The position numbers and the translations under genes are program-made. A stretch of 54,090 bases of DNA from IMG/VR virus record IMGVR_UViG_3300021962_000142, positions 1-54,090 of that record, one strand, 5' to 3'. Under the pieces are notes generated by a model, which saw only the letters and a list, made by a program, of their open reading frames with translations, was not told the origin of the DNA and made no database searches. Below, one piece after another: positions 46,029 to 53,686 of this stretch. This DNA is from a virus. Taxonomy: Duplodnaviria; Caudoviricetes. Positions within the stretch are counted from its first letter, which is position 1. The number at the start of each line of letters is the position of its first letter.

Positions 46029-46167
46029 TGAGCTTGTTCCACTGCTTGGAGTCCGGGTAGCCCTTATCCCCCGGCTTGGCCGGCGGCTCTCCACGCTCAC
46101 GCTTGGCGTGGATGTTGGCCCAGAGCCCCTTCTTCAACTGGCGAACCTTGTCACCTTCCCGGTCCAC
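46018..46167 (-). CDS. 49-aa basic phage protein (GL(W/Y)ANIHAKR family)
   Basis: MDREGDKVRQLKKGLWANIHAKRERGEPPAKPGDKGYP... Confidence 0.7.
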   Translation of the reverse strand: MDREGDKVRQLKKGLWANIHAKRERGEPPAKPGDKGYPDSKQWNKLSGK

Positions 46168-46213
46168 GTATCCAATCCTCCAGCTCGTCTTCTTCGTCCC
46201 ACTCTTCCCACAT
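46151..46213 (-). CDS. 20-aa acidic micro-ORF
   Basis: MWEEWDEEDELEDWIRGPGR; TGATG-coupled to the upstream gene. Confidence 0.35.
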   Translation of the reverse strand: MWEEWDEEDELEDWIRGPGR

Positions 46214-46635
46214 CAGCCGATCCGTTGGGCCGTGCCGGTGTAGTCGATCAGCAGGCCGCCAAAAGGCGCAGACTTGGCACGCTCATCCGCTTCCTTGGCG
46301 ATGCGGACACGCTCAATGAGGGCTGAAGTGCGCATGGCCTCCAGCTCCTTCTCATGCTGCATGCGACGCATTTCCCGGAGCTGAGAGACGCGGGAGTCGT
46401 TTTCCTTCTCAATGGCCTCATTGACATCCTCGGCCATCTTGGCCAAGTGGTTGCCTTGCGCAGCGGTGACCATGGGAGCGCCAGCGATGGCTTGGTCCAC
46501 CACACTCACTTGGGCCGCCGCGTTGCGTTGGCGTTCAATGTCACGGGTGCGCTGCTCGGCGGCGCGCTGGCGTCGCTTGGCCCGCTCCTGCTCTTCGGCG
46601 TCCGGCTGCGGGTTGAGCCAATCAAACATGCCCAT
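46213..46635 (-). CDS. Coiled-coil hypothetical protein
   Basis: RBS AGGAGG; 140 aa. Confidence 0.7.
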   Translation of the reverse strand: MGMFDWLNPQPDAEEQERAKRRQRAAEQRTRDIERQRNAAAQVSVVDQAIAGAPMVTAAQGNHLAKMAEDVNEAIEKENDSRVSQLREMRRMQHEKELEAMRTSALIERVRIAKEADERAKSAPFGGLLIDYTGTAQRIG

Positions 46636-46666
46636 GGAATCCTCCTATCAACCAATGCTCCGGCAG

Positions 46667-47098
46667 TCAGAGTTCGTTATGCCGCGCCCGCATGCACGCC
46701 AGCCGGACCAAGGCTTTCCCGCCCAAGCGAACGAATGGCAGGCCGCGGGCCTTGGCTGTCTCCTCCATCACATCCACAATCTCTTCGATGTGCTTCAGGG
46801 ATTCTTGGCCCCATTCGTTCATCTGCTTGGCCATCTTGTTGCACTTGCAGGTTGGGGTGGCTTGGATGCCGATGGACGCCAATAGCTTCTTCAGCTCCGT
46901 GCCAGGGCCCGGCCCAATGTCCGGCTCCGGGCGTGGCCTGCCCAGCGTGTACCTAGACCGGAGGTAGGCGAATGTGGCGTCGTCCAGCTCCACATGCGTC
47001 TCGGTGACTGTCTTGGCCTGGGCCAGGACGGCCTCCACATAGCCGGGCTTCCGGTCCTTGGCTACGGCGTGGAGGGAGGCAATGGAGAAGCGTTTCAT
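46667..47098 (-). CDS. Hypothetical protein with GPGTELK...CxC motif
   Basis: ATGA-coupled to the Cys-rich gene. Confidence 0.7.
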   Translation of the reverse strand: MKRFSIASLHAVAKDRKPGYVEAVLAQAKTVTETHVELDDATFAYLRSRYTLGRPRPEPDIGPGPGTELKKLLASIGIQATPTCKCNKMAKQMNEWGQESLKHIEEIVDVMEETAKARGLPFVRLGGKALVRLACMRARHNEL

Positions 47099-47691
47099 GG
47101 GGGGTCCTCACAACTGGCACATGCAAGTCCATTTAGTGCCGAACCCGGAGGACAGCAGGCGTCCATCCCAAACTCTTGGTATCCAAGTGACAAATACCCC
47201 TCCGGGCATCCGCCAAAGAAAAATTCAGGCGCAAAGTCTTGGCCAGCCTCGCAGGAACCGTCGATGCAACAGGGCTTCCCTGCCTCAGTGCAGTCCTCGT
47301 TTGTTTCGCACTCAGGGCACTCACCGCACACGCCTCCGTTGCAGCACTCACCCTCCGGGCAGTCCTCGTCCGTCTCGCACTCGCACGGCACGCAAACATC
47401 GTCTACGCAGCACTCGCCTTCCGCACAGCACACTCCGGCACAGCAGACGACGTTAGACTCACAGCACACCGCGCCCAAGTCGCCGACGCAGCAAATCTGC
47501 CCCTCCTCACAGCAGACGCCTTGCCCGTCGTTGCAGCAGTACTGCGTCTCACCGCAGCAGACATCGGACTCACCGACGCCGACCGTGTAGACCGTGCAGC
47601 AATCACGGGGGGCTTTGCAGCAGACCTTCTCTTCGCCGGTGCCGCAGCACACGCCGTTCTGTTGGGTACAGCAACAAGGGCAGCAGGCCAT
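47095..47691 (-). CDS. Extremely Cys-rich protein (about 45 Cys in 198 aa)
   Basis: Repeated CC doublets and two CETxEDC...CC..G.C units. Confidence 0.7.
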   Translation of the reverse strand: MACCPCCCTQQNGVCCGTGEEKVCCKAPRDCCTVYTVGVGESDVCCGETQYCCNDGQGVCCEEGQICCVGDLGAVCCESNVVCCAGVCCAEGECCVDDVCVPCECETDEDCPEGECCNGGVCGECPECETNEDCTEAGKPCCIDGSCEAGQDFAPEFFFGGCPEGYLSLGYQEFGMDACCPPGSALNGLACASCEDPP

Positions 47692-48040
47692 CGAATTAAA
47701 GCTTCTTGCTTGTATAGGTGGGGGCGTGCTTCGCCCCTAAAAGCCATTGGGCGTCACACGTGGGCGACACGCGCAACTGTGGGGAAAACCGCGTGGAGGC
47801 CGTGGGGGAGGAAAAATCCAAGGGAGGATATGACGTAATAGATCGACGCCGCCGGGGGGGCCTGGGGGCCGGTCTGTCCATGCCGTGTCGTCATAACTCT
47901 TTACCACGCCACGGTTTACGCTTTCGGTATCGTAGCCTAGCGTGAAACGGCGGGAATCTGTCACGCGGATGAAAGAAAACTGTTAACAGTTTGGTGGGGA
48001 TGCATTAGTGTACCCCTGTTCACCTATCGACGCGCGCATA

Positions 48041-48070
48041 GAAAAAGCCCCCCCGCCATCGGAAGGGCTT
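48041..48070 (-). terminator. Probable intrinsic terminator
   Basis: AAGCCCTTCC-GATGGC-GGGGGGCTT followed by TTTC, just after the stop at 48086. Confidence 0.5.
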
Positions 48071-48085
48071 CGGGTGTACTGCCGT

Positions 48086-48637
48086 TCAATCGACGGCAAA
48101 CCCACACGCCACCCGCACCAACTCACGCACGCCCGGCAGACCGATCGACACGGCAAGCCTGTAGGCTTTGCCTGAATGCTTGGGAGTCTGGGCGATACGC
48201 TCCACCGCCACCGCCACCGATTCGGGGGTGGGGTTGTGACGCGCCCGCAAACGCTCGCGGTGCGCCAATCGTTCGGCCGTAACGGTTCGGCGGTTCGCCC
48301 TACGGCCGCCCGTCCTACCTTGCCATCCGGATCGCTCCATGAAACGACGCACCCCCGCAAGAGCGGACGCATGCGCGCCACGCGGGATACGGTCGGTGCG
48401 GTTCTCTAGCCAAAAGAGATAGGCCACGCTCGCCGCTTCCTGCGCTCGCTCTCGCATGCCTTGCCGCTCTCGCCGCGTCCTGGCGTCCGGCATGAACTGC
48501 CTCAGGGCGCACCGCTCAAAATAAGACACCACGGCGGGGTGGTATTCGGCCGGTAGATCGGCCGGGTTGTAGCACTGCCGTGGCCATGCACAGTACGAAC
48601 CAACTGCGGCGATAGCCTGCATTGCATCAGTCTTCAT
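48086..48637 (-). CDS. Basic hypothetical protein (weak sigma-region-2-like helix)
   Basis: RBS GGAGG; ERAQEAASVAYLFWLE...; has its own terminator. Confidence 0.55.
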   Translation of the reverse strand: MKTDAMQAIAAVGSYCAWPRQCYNPADLPAEYHPAVVSYFERCALRQFMPDARTRRERQGMRERAQEAASVAYLFWLENRTDRIPRGAHASALAGVRRFMERSGWQGRTGGRRANRRTVTAERLAHRERLRARHNPTPESVAVAVERIAQTPKHSGKAYRLAVSIGLPGVRELVRVACGFAVD

Positions 48638-48747
48638 TGTCTCAGCCTCCAATAAACACTTCCGAACCGGGCCACGGTGGCCCGCACGCTCCATTTATAT
48701 CGCCCCCCGGGAGGGACACAATAAAAATCTTCTCCCGGCCGGAATTA

Positions 48748-48949
48748 TTTTTCCGGCGAGCGGCCTATATATATCGCCCCCCGCGTGCGACACGTTCGCA
48801 CGCATGCGGGGCGAATGTTTACGCTTCTAACACACTGGCCGGAGTTAATACATCCGGGCAGTAAGTCTTCTGCACTGGACCGCGGTGTGCGGCCAGCGTG
48901 CCGGCCAAAAATCTTTCCGGATTTTTTCCGGCGAGCGGCCTATATATAT
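48748..48949 (+). repeat. 27-bp exact direct repeat TTTTTCCGGCGAGCGGCCTATATATAT (48748-48774, 48923-48949); putative early promoters
   Basis: Both copies are preceded by AAAAATCTT; located in the divergent intergenic region. Confidence 0.85.
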
Positions 48950-49004
48950 GCGGCCCAAACGACGAACGATACGCTCGCGTGGTGCGGGCAGGAAGGGAGG
49001 TGCG

Positions 49005-49367
49005 ATGTCGAAACAGTCAGAGCGCGCCAACGCTCTGATGGACAGGCTCCGTGACGGGTTCGCCAGACTGCGGGATGCGGGCAACGTATCCCTGCCGTCC
49101 GATGACGACATTCTGGCAGCGATCACGGGCTGCTTGTCCAGCAGGGACGGGGCATGGCGCAAGACAGCTCCAGGCGGCGATACGCCGTCCGATCTGCTGT
49201 GGCGGCTGGTGAAGTTTCATCGGTCTGGCGGCAGCCTTTATGGCTGGCCGTGGATGGCCGATCGCACGTTGACCGACCAGTATGACACGGTCGCTCAGGT
49301 GCTAATCCTGCTGTCCGGCCAAGAGTTGACTGCGGTCAACGCATGGCAGCGGGCCTTGTACGGCTGA
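49005..49367 (+). CDS. Early hypothetical protein
   Basis: RBS GGAGGT; MSKQSERANAL... Confidence 0.7.
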   Translation: MSKQSERANALMDRLRDGFARLRDAGNVSLPSDDDILAAITGCLSSRDGAWRKTAPGGDTPSDLLWRLVKFHRSGGSLYGWPWMADRTLTDQYDTVAQVLILLSGQELTAVNAWQRALYG

Positions 49368-49453
49368 CGGGATTCGATCCCGGGCAGGTGGATGCGGCAA
49401 GCGGGCGATTGCCCAAGTAAGTCCGAATGCTGCCTGCCCGGGTTCGGCTGCCG
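49367..49453 (+). ncRNA. Structured intergenic RNA element (unassigned)
   Basis: Stem CCCGGGCAGG/CCTGCCCGGG with extensions, enclosing a GGGC-GATT-GCCC hairpin and AAGTAAGT. Confidence 0.35.
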
Positions 49454-49482
49454 TTCGGTAGTCGGTTTCACAGGAGGTGCAT

Positions 49483-50232
49483 ATGCGTGTTCGCTATGCA
49501 CCGGCTAACGCCAAGCTCTCCCGTCTGGAGGCGCGGCTGGGTGTCAAGGTTCTATCCTTCGACATGCTGTCAGGTGTGACCTGCCCCGGTGCCAAGGATT
49601 GCAAGTCCTGGGCCGAGATGCAGGCTGACGGCTCCCGCCGGATCGTAGACGGGAAGCACACGGTGTTCCGGTGCTTCTCAGCCTCGCAGGAGGCCCAGTA
49701 CACAAACGTGTACGATTTCCGTGCGGAGAACACACAAGCGGCCCTTGCGCTTGCGGCCAGTTCTCCGATGAAGTGTGCATCCGCTCTGGTGGCGGCCATG
49801 CCGGATGATCTGGCGGTCGTTCGCATGCATGTAGCCGGGGATTACAAAATCCTCAACTACTTCGATGCATGGTTGGAGGTGTGCAATCGGCGGCCGGATA
49901 TCCGGTTCTACGCCTACACCAAGATGCTGCCGTTCTGGGTCAAGCGCCGGGATGTTATCCCGTCCAATCTTGCCCTGACTGCGAGCAGGGGAGGCCGATG
50001 GGATTCGCTCATCGACGAGCATGGGTTCCGTGAGTCGGTGGTTGTCTACAGCGAGCAACAGGCCGCCGATCTGGGCTTGGAGATCGACCATGACGACCAC
50101 CATGCGTATTCGCTCACGGGCGGATCGTTTGCCCTACTGATCCACGGCACGCAGCCGCCGGGCAGCGAGGCTGGCAAGGCTGTTAGGGCCTTGCGTGGCC
50201 AAGGCTCCTACAACCGGAAAGTGAAGGTGTGA
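49483..50232 (+). CDS. Gp88-like phage protein (Cys-motif, radical-SAM-like fold)
   Basis: NAKL...SF...SGVTCPGAKDC...CFSA...RMHVAGDY...FYAYTK. Confidence 0.75.
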   Translation: MRVRYAPANAKLSRLEARLGVKVLSFDMLSGVTCPGAKDCKSWAEMQADGSRRIVDGKHTVFRCFSASQEAQYTNVYDFRAENTQAALALAASSPMKCASALVAAMPDDLAVVRMHVAGDYKILNYFDAWLEVCNRRPDIRFYAYTKMLPFWVKRRDVIPSNLALTASRGGRWDSLIDEHGFRESVVVYSEQQAADLGLEIDHDDHHAYSLTGGSFALLIHGTQPPGSEAGKAVRALRGQGSYNRKVKV

Positions 50233-50233
50233 C

Positions 50234-50416
50234 ATGCAACTAGTCCCCAAAACCGTGGGCGACCTGCGGCAGTGGCTATCGGCATGCGACGAGGACTGGG
50301 AGCGTCTGCGCCCGGACGATTGGATCGTCATGGTCACGGACGGTGGCATCCAGGTTTGCCATCCGCAGTGCCACATGATGGCAGCGACGTTCAGCACTGA
50401 ACCAGAGGAGGCGTGA
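50234..50416 (+). CDS. Early hypothetical protein
   Basis: TGACATG junction. Confidence 0.55.
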   Translation: MQLVPKTVGDLRQWLSACDEDWERLRPDDWIVMVTDGGIQVCHPQCHMMAATFSTEPEEA

Positions 50417-50417
50417 C

Positions 50418-50591
50418 ATGGCAAGCATTTGGTTGGAGCGCTATCGGACATGGCGTGCCGCTGGTTTCGATCCGGCGGAAGCATTGGAGTACATGCTGTA
50501 CGGGCGGGCAGATTGGAACTGGTGGGACCCTGTTTCGTTCGGCCCAACGGAAACATATCCCTACAGCGCAAACCCGGAAAGTGAGGACTGA
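50418..50591 (+). CDS. 57-aa early protein
   Basis: Hand-translated MASIWLERYRTWRAAGFDPAEALEYML...; RBS GAGGAGG. Confidence 0.55.
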   Translation: MASIWLERYRTWRAAGFDPAEALEYMLYGRADWNWWDPVSFGPTETYPYSANPESED

Positions 50592-50592
50592 C

Positions 50593-50850
50593 ATGCATCG
50601 AATCTCACCCAGGCCGTGGATCAACGGCTCGTCGGCCGATCGGCTGATTGAGCAGATGATGCAGGTGCATCGGGCGCTGGAGGCCGCCGCGTATGAGATG
50701 CGGAAATGGCAGCCGCATGGCCGGGACTACCAGATCGGCGGCGACTACCAGGCAGACCGGGAGGAGTTTCATAGGCGGCTGCGCCTAGTGGAGGAGCTGG
50801 CCACACAGTATGAGTCGGAAGCGTATTCCATCAGCAGGCAGGAGGTCTGA
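50593..50850 (+). CDS. Early hypothetical protein
   Basis: MHRISPRPWINGSSADRL...PHGRDY. Confidence 0.65.
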   Translation: MHRISPRPWINGSSADRLIEQMMQVHRALEAAAYEMRKWQPHGRDYQIGGDYQADREEFHRRLRLVEELATQYESEAYSISRQEV

Positions 50851-50851
50851 C

Positions 50852-51130
50852 ATGCAAGCAATCAAAACCCGCTACTGCGGGCCGACTGATACCAAGGGTT
50901 CCCGTATAAGGGCATCCTGCGAGGGCGGGTCTTTGTATGTGGCCTATGACAATGCACTAGACCGGGAAGCGAACCACTACGCGGCGGCCAAGGCCCTGTG
51001 TAACAAGCTTGGCTGGGATGCGGCGAGATTCTTTGGTGGGTATCTGGCATCTGGGCACTGGGCTTGGGTGCCAGTGTTTACCTATGACTGGGAGCAGCGA
51101 CAGAAGGAGGAATCCCATGCGAATGGCTGA
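50852..51130 (+). CDS. Conserved early phage protein (MQAIxT.Y.GPT..KGSRI.A family)
   Basis: RBS GGAGG; recognisable phage motif ...NH.AAA.AL..KLGW. Confidence 0.75.
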   Translation: MQAIKTRYCGPTDTKGSRIRASCEGGSLYVAYDNALDREANHYAAAKALCNKLGWDAARFFGGYLASGHWAWVPVFTYDWEQRQKEESHANG

Positions 51131-51314
51131 CTTCCGCAAGATGGTAGACGCCTACATCGAATCACGGTGCGGCCTGACGACCGAGTGTCTCGGGGACTTC
51201 GATCTGTGGCCGTACTACGAAGATGTCTGGTCCGACGAGCAGGCACGGGTGGCTGCCGACGAGGCGGCGCGTGACTTGCTCATGGAGGAGGGGTTTCCGG
51301 TGGAGGAGGAGTGA
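51117..51314 (+). CDS. Small acidic early protein
   Basis: RBS AAGGAGG. Confidence 0.65.
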   Translation: MRMADFRKMVDAYIESRCGLTTECLGDFDLWPYYEDVWSDEQARVAADEAARDLLMEEGFPVEEE

Positions 51315-51517
51315 TGTTCGACGTTCTATCACCAGACGGTCTGTCGATTGATCCTGAGTCCTGCTACCCGGACCTGGAGGCGGCCCACGCTGCGGCGCAG
51401 GCGTTCGCACAACGCTATGCGGTGCAGGGCTACTACTGGTCGGCCCAGTGGGAGCGGATTCCGGTGGATGAGATTGCGGGCAGGTGCCGCGTGGTGCAGG
51501 CAATGGAGGACGAGTGA
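51314..51517 (+). CDS. Early hypothetical protein
   Basis: TGATG coupling; FDVLSPDG..I...QGYY. Confidence 0.65.
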   Translation: MFDVLSPDGLSIDPESCYPDLEAAHAAAQAFAQRYAVQGYYWSAQWERIPVDEIAGRCRVVQAMEDE

Positions 51518-51711
51518 TGCCGACTTACACGCTGACGATTAACGAAGATGAACTGTATCGGCTGCGCATGGGGCTTTATGCCAAGGTGGCAGAGTGGAGC
51601 AGTCACCTGTCCGATAGTCCGGATACGGTGCCAGCCATTGTTGCCAAATACGATGCCCTGCTTCTTAGGATGAATTCTTTGAAGCCACGCCGCAAGAAAG
51701 CGAGGCAGTAA
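51517..51711 (+). CDS. Early hypothetical protein
   Basis: TGATG coupling. Confidence 0.55.
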   Translation: MPTYTLTINEDELYRLRMGLYAKVAEWSSHLSDSPDTVPAIVAKYDALLLRMNSLKPRRKKARQ

Positions 51712-51941
51712 TGCCTGACTACCGAGTGATCGGGTTTTACCGAGACAACTTACAGATTTATGACGGAGATGCGTCTGGCGAGGACTTTGAATCTGCGGTC
51801 TGTGGATTGCGTGACTCCCTGGTGGACGTTGAATCCGAAAGCCTGATGCTCGTCGCCGTGCTGGACGCGGACGGTGACAACCTGCTTACGTGGTCTGATA
51901 AGTGCGTTCTGCTGGCCGAGTTTGAGGAGGCTGCTCAATGA
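51711..51941 (+). CDS. Early hypothetical protein
   Basis: TAATG coupling. Confidence 0.6.
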   Translation: MPDYRVIGFYRDNLQIYDGDASGEDFESAVCGLRDSLVDVESESLMLVAVLDADGDNLLTWSDKCVLLAEFEEAAQ

Positions 51942-52099
51942 ACGACGAGGTGTGTTCGCCCTTCTCCTGCCCGCAGTGCGGGTGCGAGGAGGTGCGCTGG
52001 GGTGCGCCGATGGGCGCTGTGTTTACGGCATGCTCATGTCGGGCATGCGGGTGGGAGTATCTGATTAGCGAGGAGGTGCAGTGTGCGAGTGAAGGTTGA
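51938..52099 (+). CDS. 53-aa zinc-ribbon protein
   Basis: Hand-translated; CPQCG...CRACG; ATGA coupling. Confidence 0.6.
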   Translation: MNDEVCSPFSCPQCGCEEVRWGAPMGAVFTACSCRACGWEYLISEEVQCASEG

Positions 52100-52412
52100 T
52101 CGCAATGACTACCTAAACCAACAGATCATGCGTGCGGTATACGTGTTTGCTGACGCAGACACCCGTGAGAACGCCAAGGAGTTCAGCGTTACGCCGGCAC
52201 AGGCGACGCTTATGTGGTGGGCGCTCAAGCGTCTAGAGGCTGCGATCCGTGACTCTGCCCGCTGGGCCGAGGAATGGAACAACCTGCACCAGATCAGCTA
52301 CGCAGACACGCTGCGGTGCCACGCCGATGCAGTTGAGTGGTGCCGAGAGTTTCGGCACCAGTTGGCCGACCATGCCAAGGCCCACCAGTTGGAGGTTCAA
52401 GCATGCCGCTGA
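52083..52412 (+). CDS. Early hypothetical protein
   Basis: RBS GAGGAGG. Confidence 0.55.
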   Translation: MRVKVDRNDYLNQQIMRAVYVFADADTRENAKEFSVTPAQATLMWWALKRLEAAIRDSARWAEEWNNLHQISYADTLRCHADAVEWCREFRHQLADHAKAHQLEVQACR

Positions 52413-52600
52413 GATACCGAGACAATATGACCGACGCAGAGGCGGCTGCGTTTTGGACTGAGGTTCAGCAGTTAGACCAGGCCCACGCTGACGCGGCTGC
52501 CTACGATGCGGCCCACGGCGAGGAGTTTGTGGACGACGAGGAGCGTGAGCTGTTTGATCCAGTGCGGGATGGCTGGGTTGGAAAGGATGGCAGGCCGTGA
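52403..52600 (+). CDS. Small acidic protein
   Basis: RBS GGAGG; ends GWVGKDGRP. Confidence 0.6.
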   Translation: MPLRYRDNMTDAEAAAFWTEVQQLDQAHADAAAYDAAHGEEFVDDEERELFDPVRDGWVGKDGRP

Positions 52601-52899
52601 CTGACAAACAACTCCAACGCATGGCCGCGGCTGCTGCCGTTATCCGGCGGGTCGTCGGCCAGGAATTTCACTGGGAGCAGGCTGGCCTGCGCACCTATGG
52701 GCAGGGGGCCGTGATGGTTCTCCTGCATCCTCCCGGCGATCCGTTGCGGGCCTACTGCAACTATGACTGTTATGATTACGGGAAGATCGACTCACTGACC
52801 GATGCGTTGTCGGAGGTGGGCCTGTATGTGGAGGATTGCACCGGGGATTACTCCGGGGTCTATGAGGTGACGCGGTTTGATGCAGCCGCTCCGTGCTAA
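52597..52899 (+). CDS. Early hypothetical protein
   Basis: GTGA coupling. Confidence 0.6.
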   Translation: MTDKQLQRMAAAAAVIRRVVGQEFHWEQAGLRTYGQGAVMVLLHPPGDPLRAYCNYDCYDYGKIDSLTDALSEVGLYVEDCTGDYSGVYEVTRFDAAAPC

Positions 52900-52933
52900 A
52901 CTGAACGCCCGTACCCTAGCGTGAGGTGCATAC

Positions 52934-53517
52934 ATGCGAGTGCTGGTGGGCTGTGAGTTTTCAGGGACGGTACATCCGCCTTCCGGCGACGCGGCCATGA
53001 TGCGTGGAGCTGCGATCTGCTGCCGGCCGAGGATGGCGGGCCGCACATCCAGGCAGATGTGCTGTCCGTGCTGGGAGATGGCTGGGACTTGGCCATCTTC
53101 CACCCGCCATGCACGCATCTGGCCGTCAGTGGGGCCCGGCATTTCCATCGCAAGCAGGTGGAGCAGGCCGAGGCATTGGAGTTTGTGCAGCGCCTGTTGG
53201 ATGCGCCGATTCCGCGGATAGCCTTAGAGAACCCGGTGTCCGTGATCAGCAGCCGCATTCGCCGGCCCGATCAGATCATCCAGCCGCACCAGTTCGGCCA
53301 TGCGGAGAGCAAACGAACATGCCTGTGGCTGAAGGGACTACCACCGCTGCGGCCCACCGATGTGCTTCAACAACGCGGGCGCTGGGAAAACCAAACGCCG
53401 TCCGGTCAGAATAAACTGGGGCCGTCACCTGACAGGTGGAAGATTCGCAGCAAGACTTACCCGGGGATAGCGTGCGCAATGGCAGACCAATGGGGGGCAT
53501 ATGACAGCGACCGATGA
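52934..53517 (+). pseudogene. DNA cytosine methyltransferase-like gene with a 1-nt frameshift near 52973
   Basis: MRVLVGCEFSGTV in one frame continues as SAFRRRGHDAWSCDL...HPPCTHL...LENPV in another. Confidence 0.75.
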
Positions 53518-53686
53518 CGAGCGAGTGCGTGATGCTGCACCGGACCTACTGGCCGCGTGCATCGCACTGCGTGAGTGCCTGTGGCACTGGGTGGATGAGG
53601 CTCCAGAAGACAAGCAGCGGGCCGATGATCATGCCGCGTTGGCAGAAGCGGCCGCTGCGATTATGAAGGCAGGTGTGCGGCTGTAA
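53501..53686 (+). CDS. Hypothetical protein (AAPDLLAAC family)
   Basis: RDAAPDLLAAC...AAAAIMKA, a common phage motif. Confidence 0.65.
   Translation: MTATDDERVRDAAPDLLAACIALRECLWHWVDEAPEDKQRADDHAALAEAAAAIMKAGVRL

Noticed and set aside
49367-49385. tRNA T-arm (GGGATTCGATCCC)
   Set aside because: No cloverleaf context; it is part of a larger hairpin.
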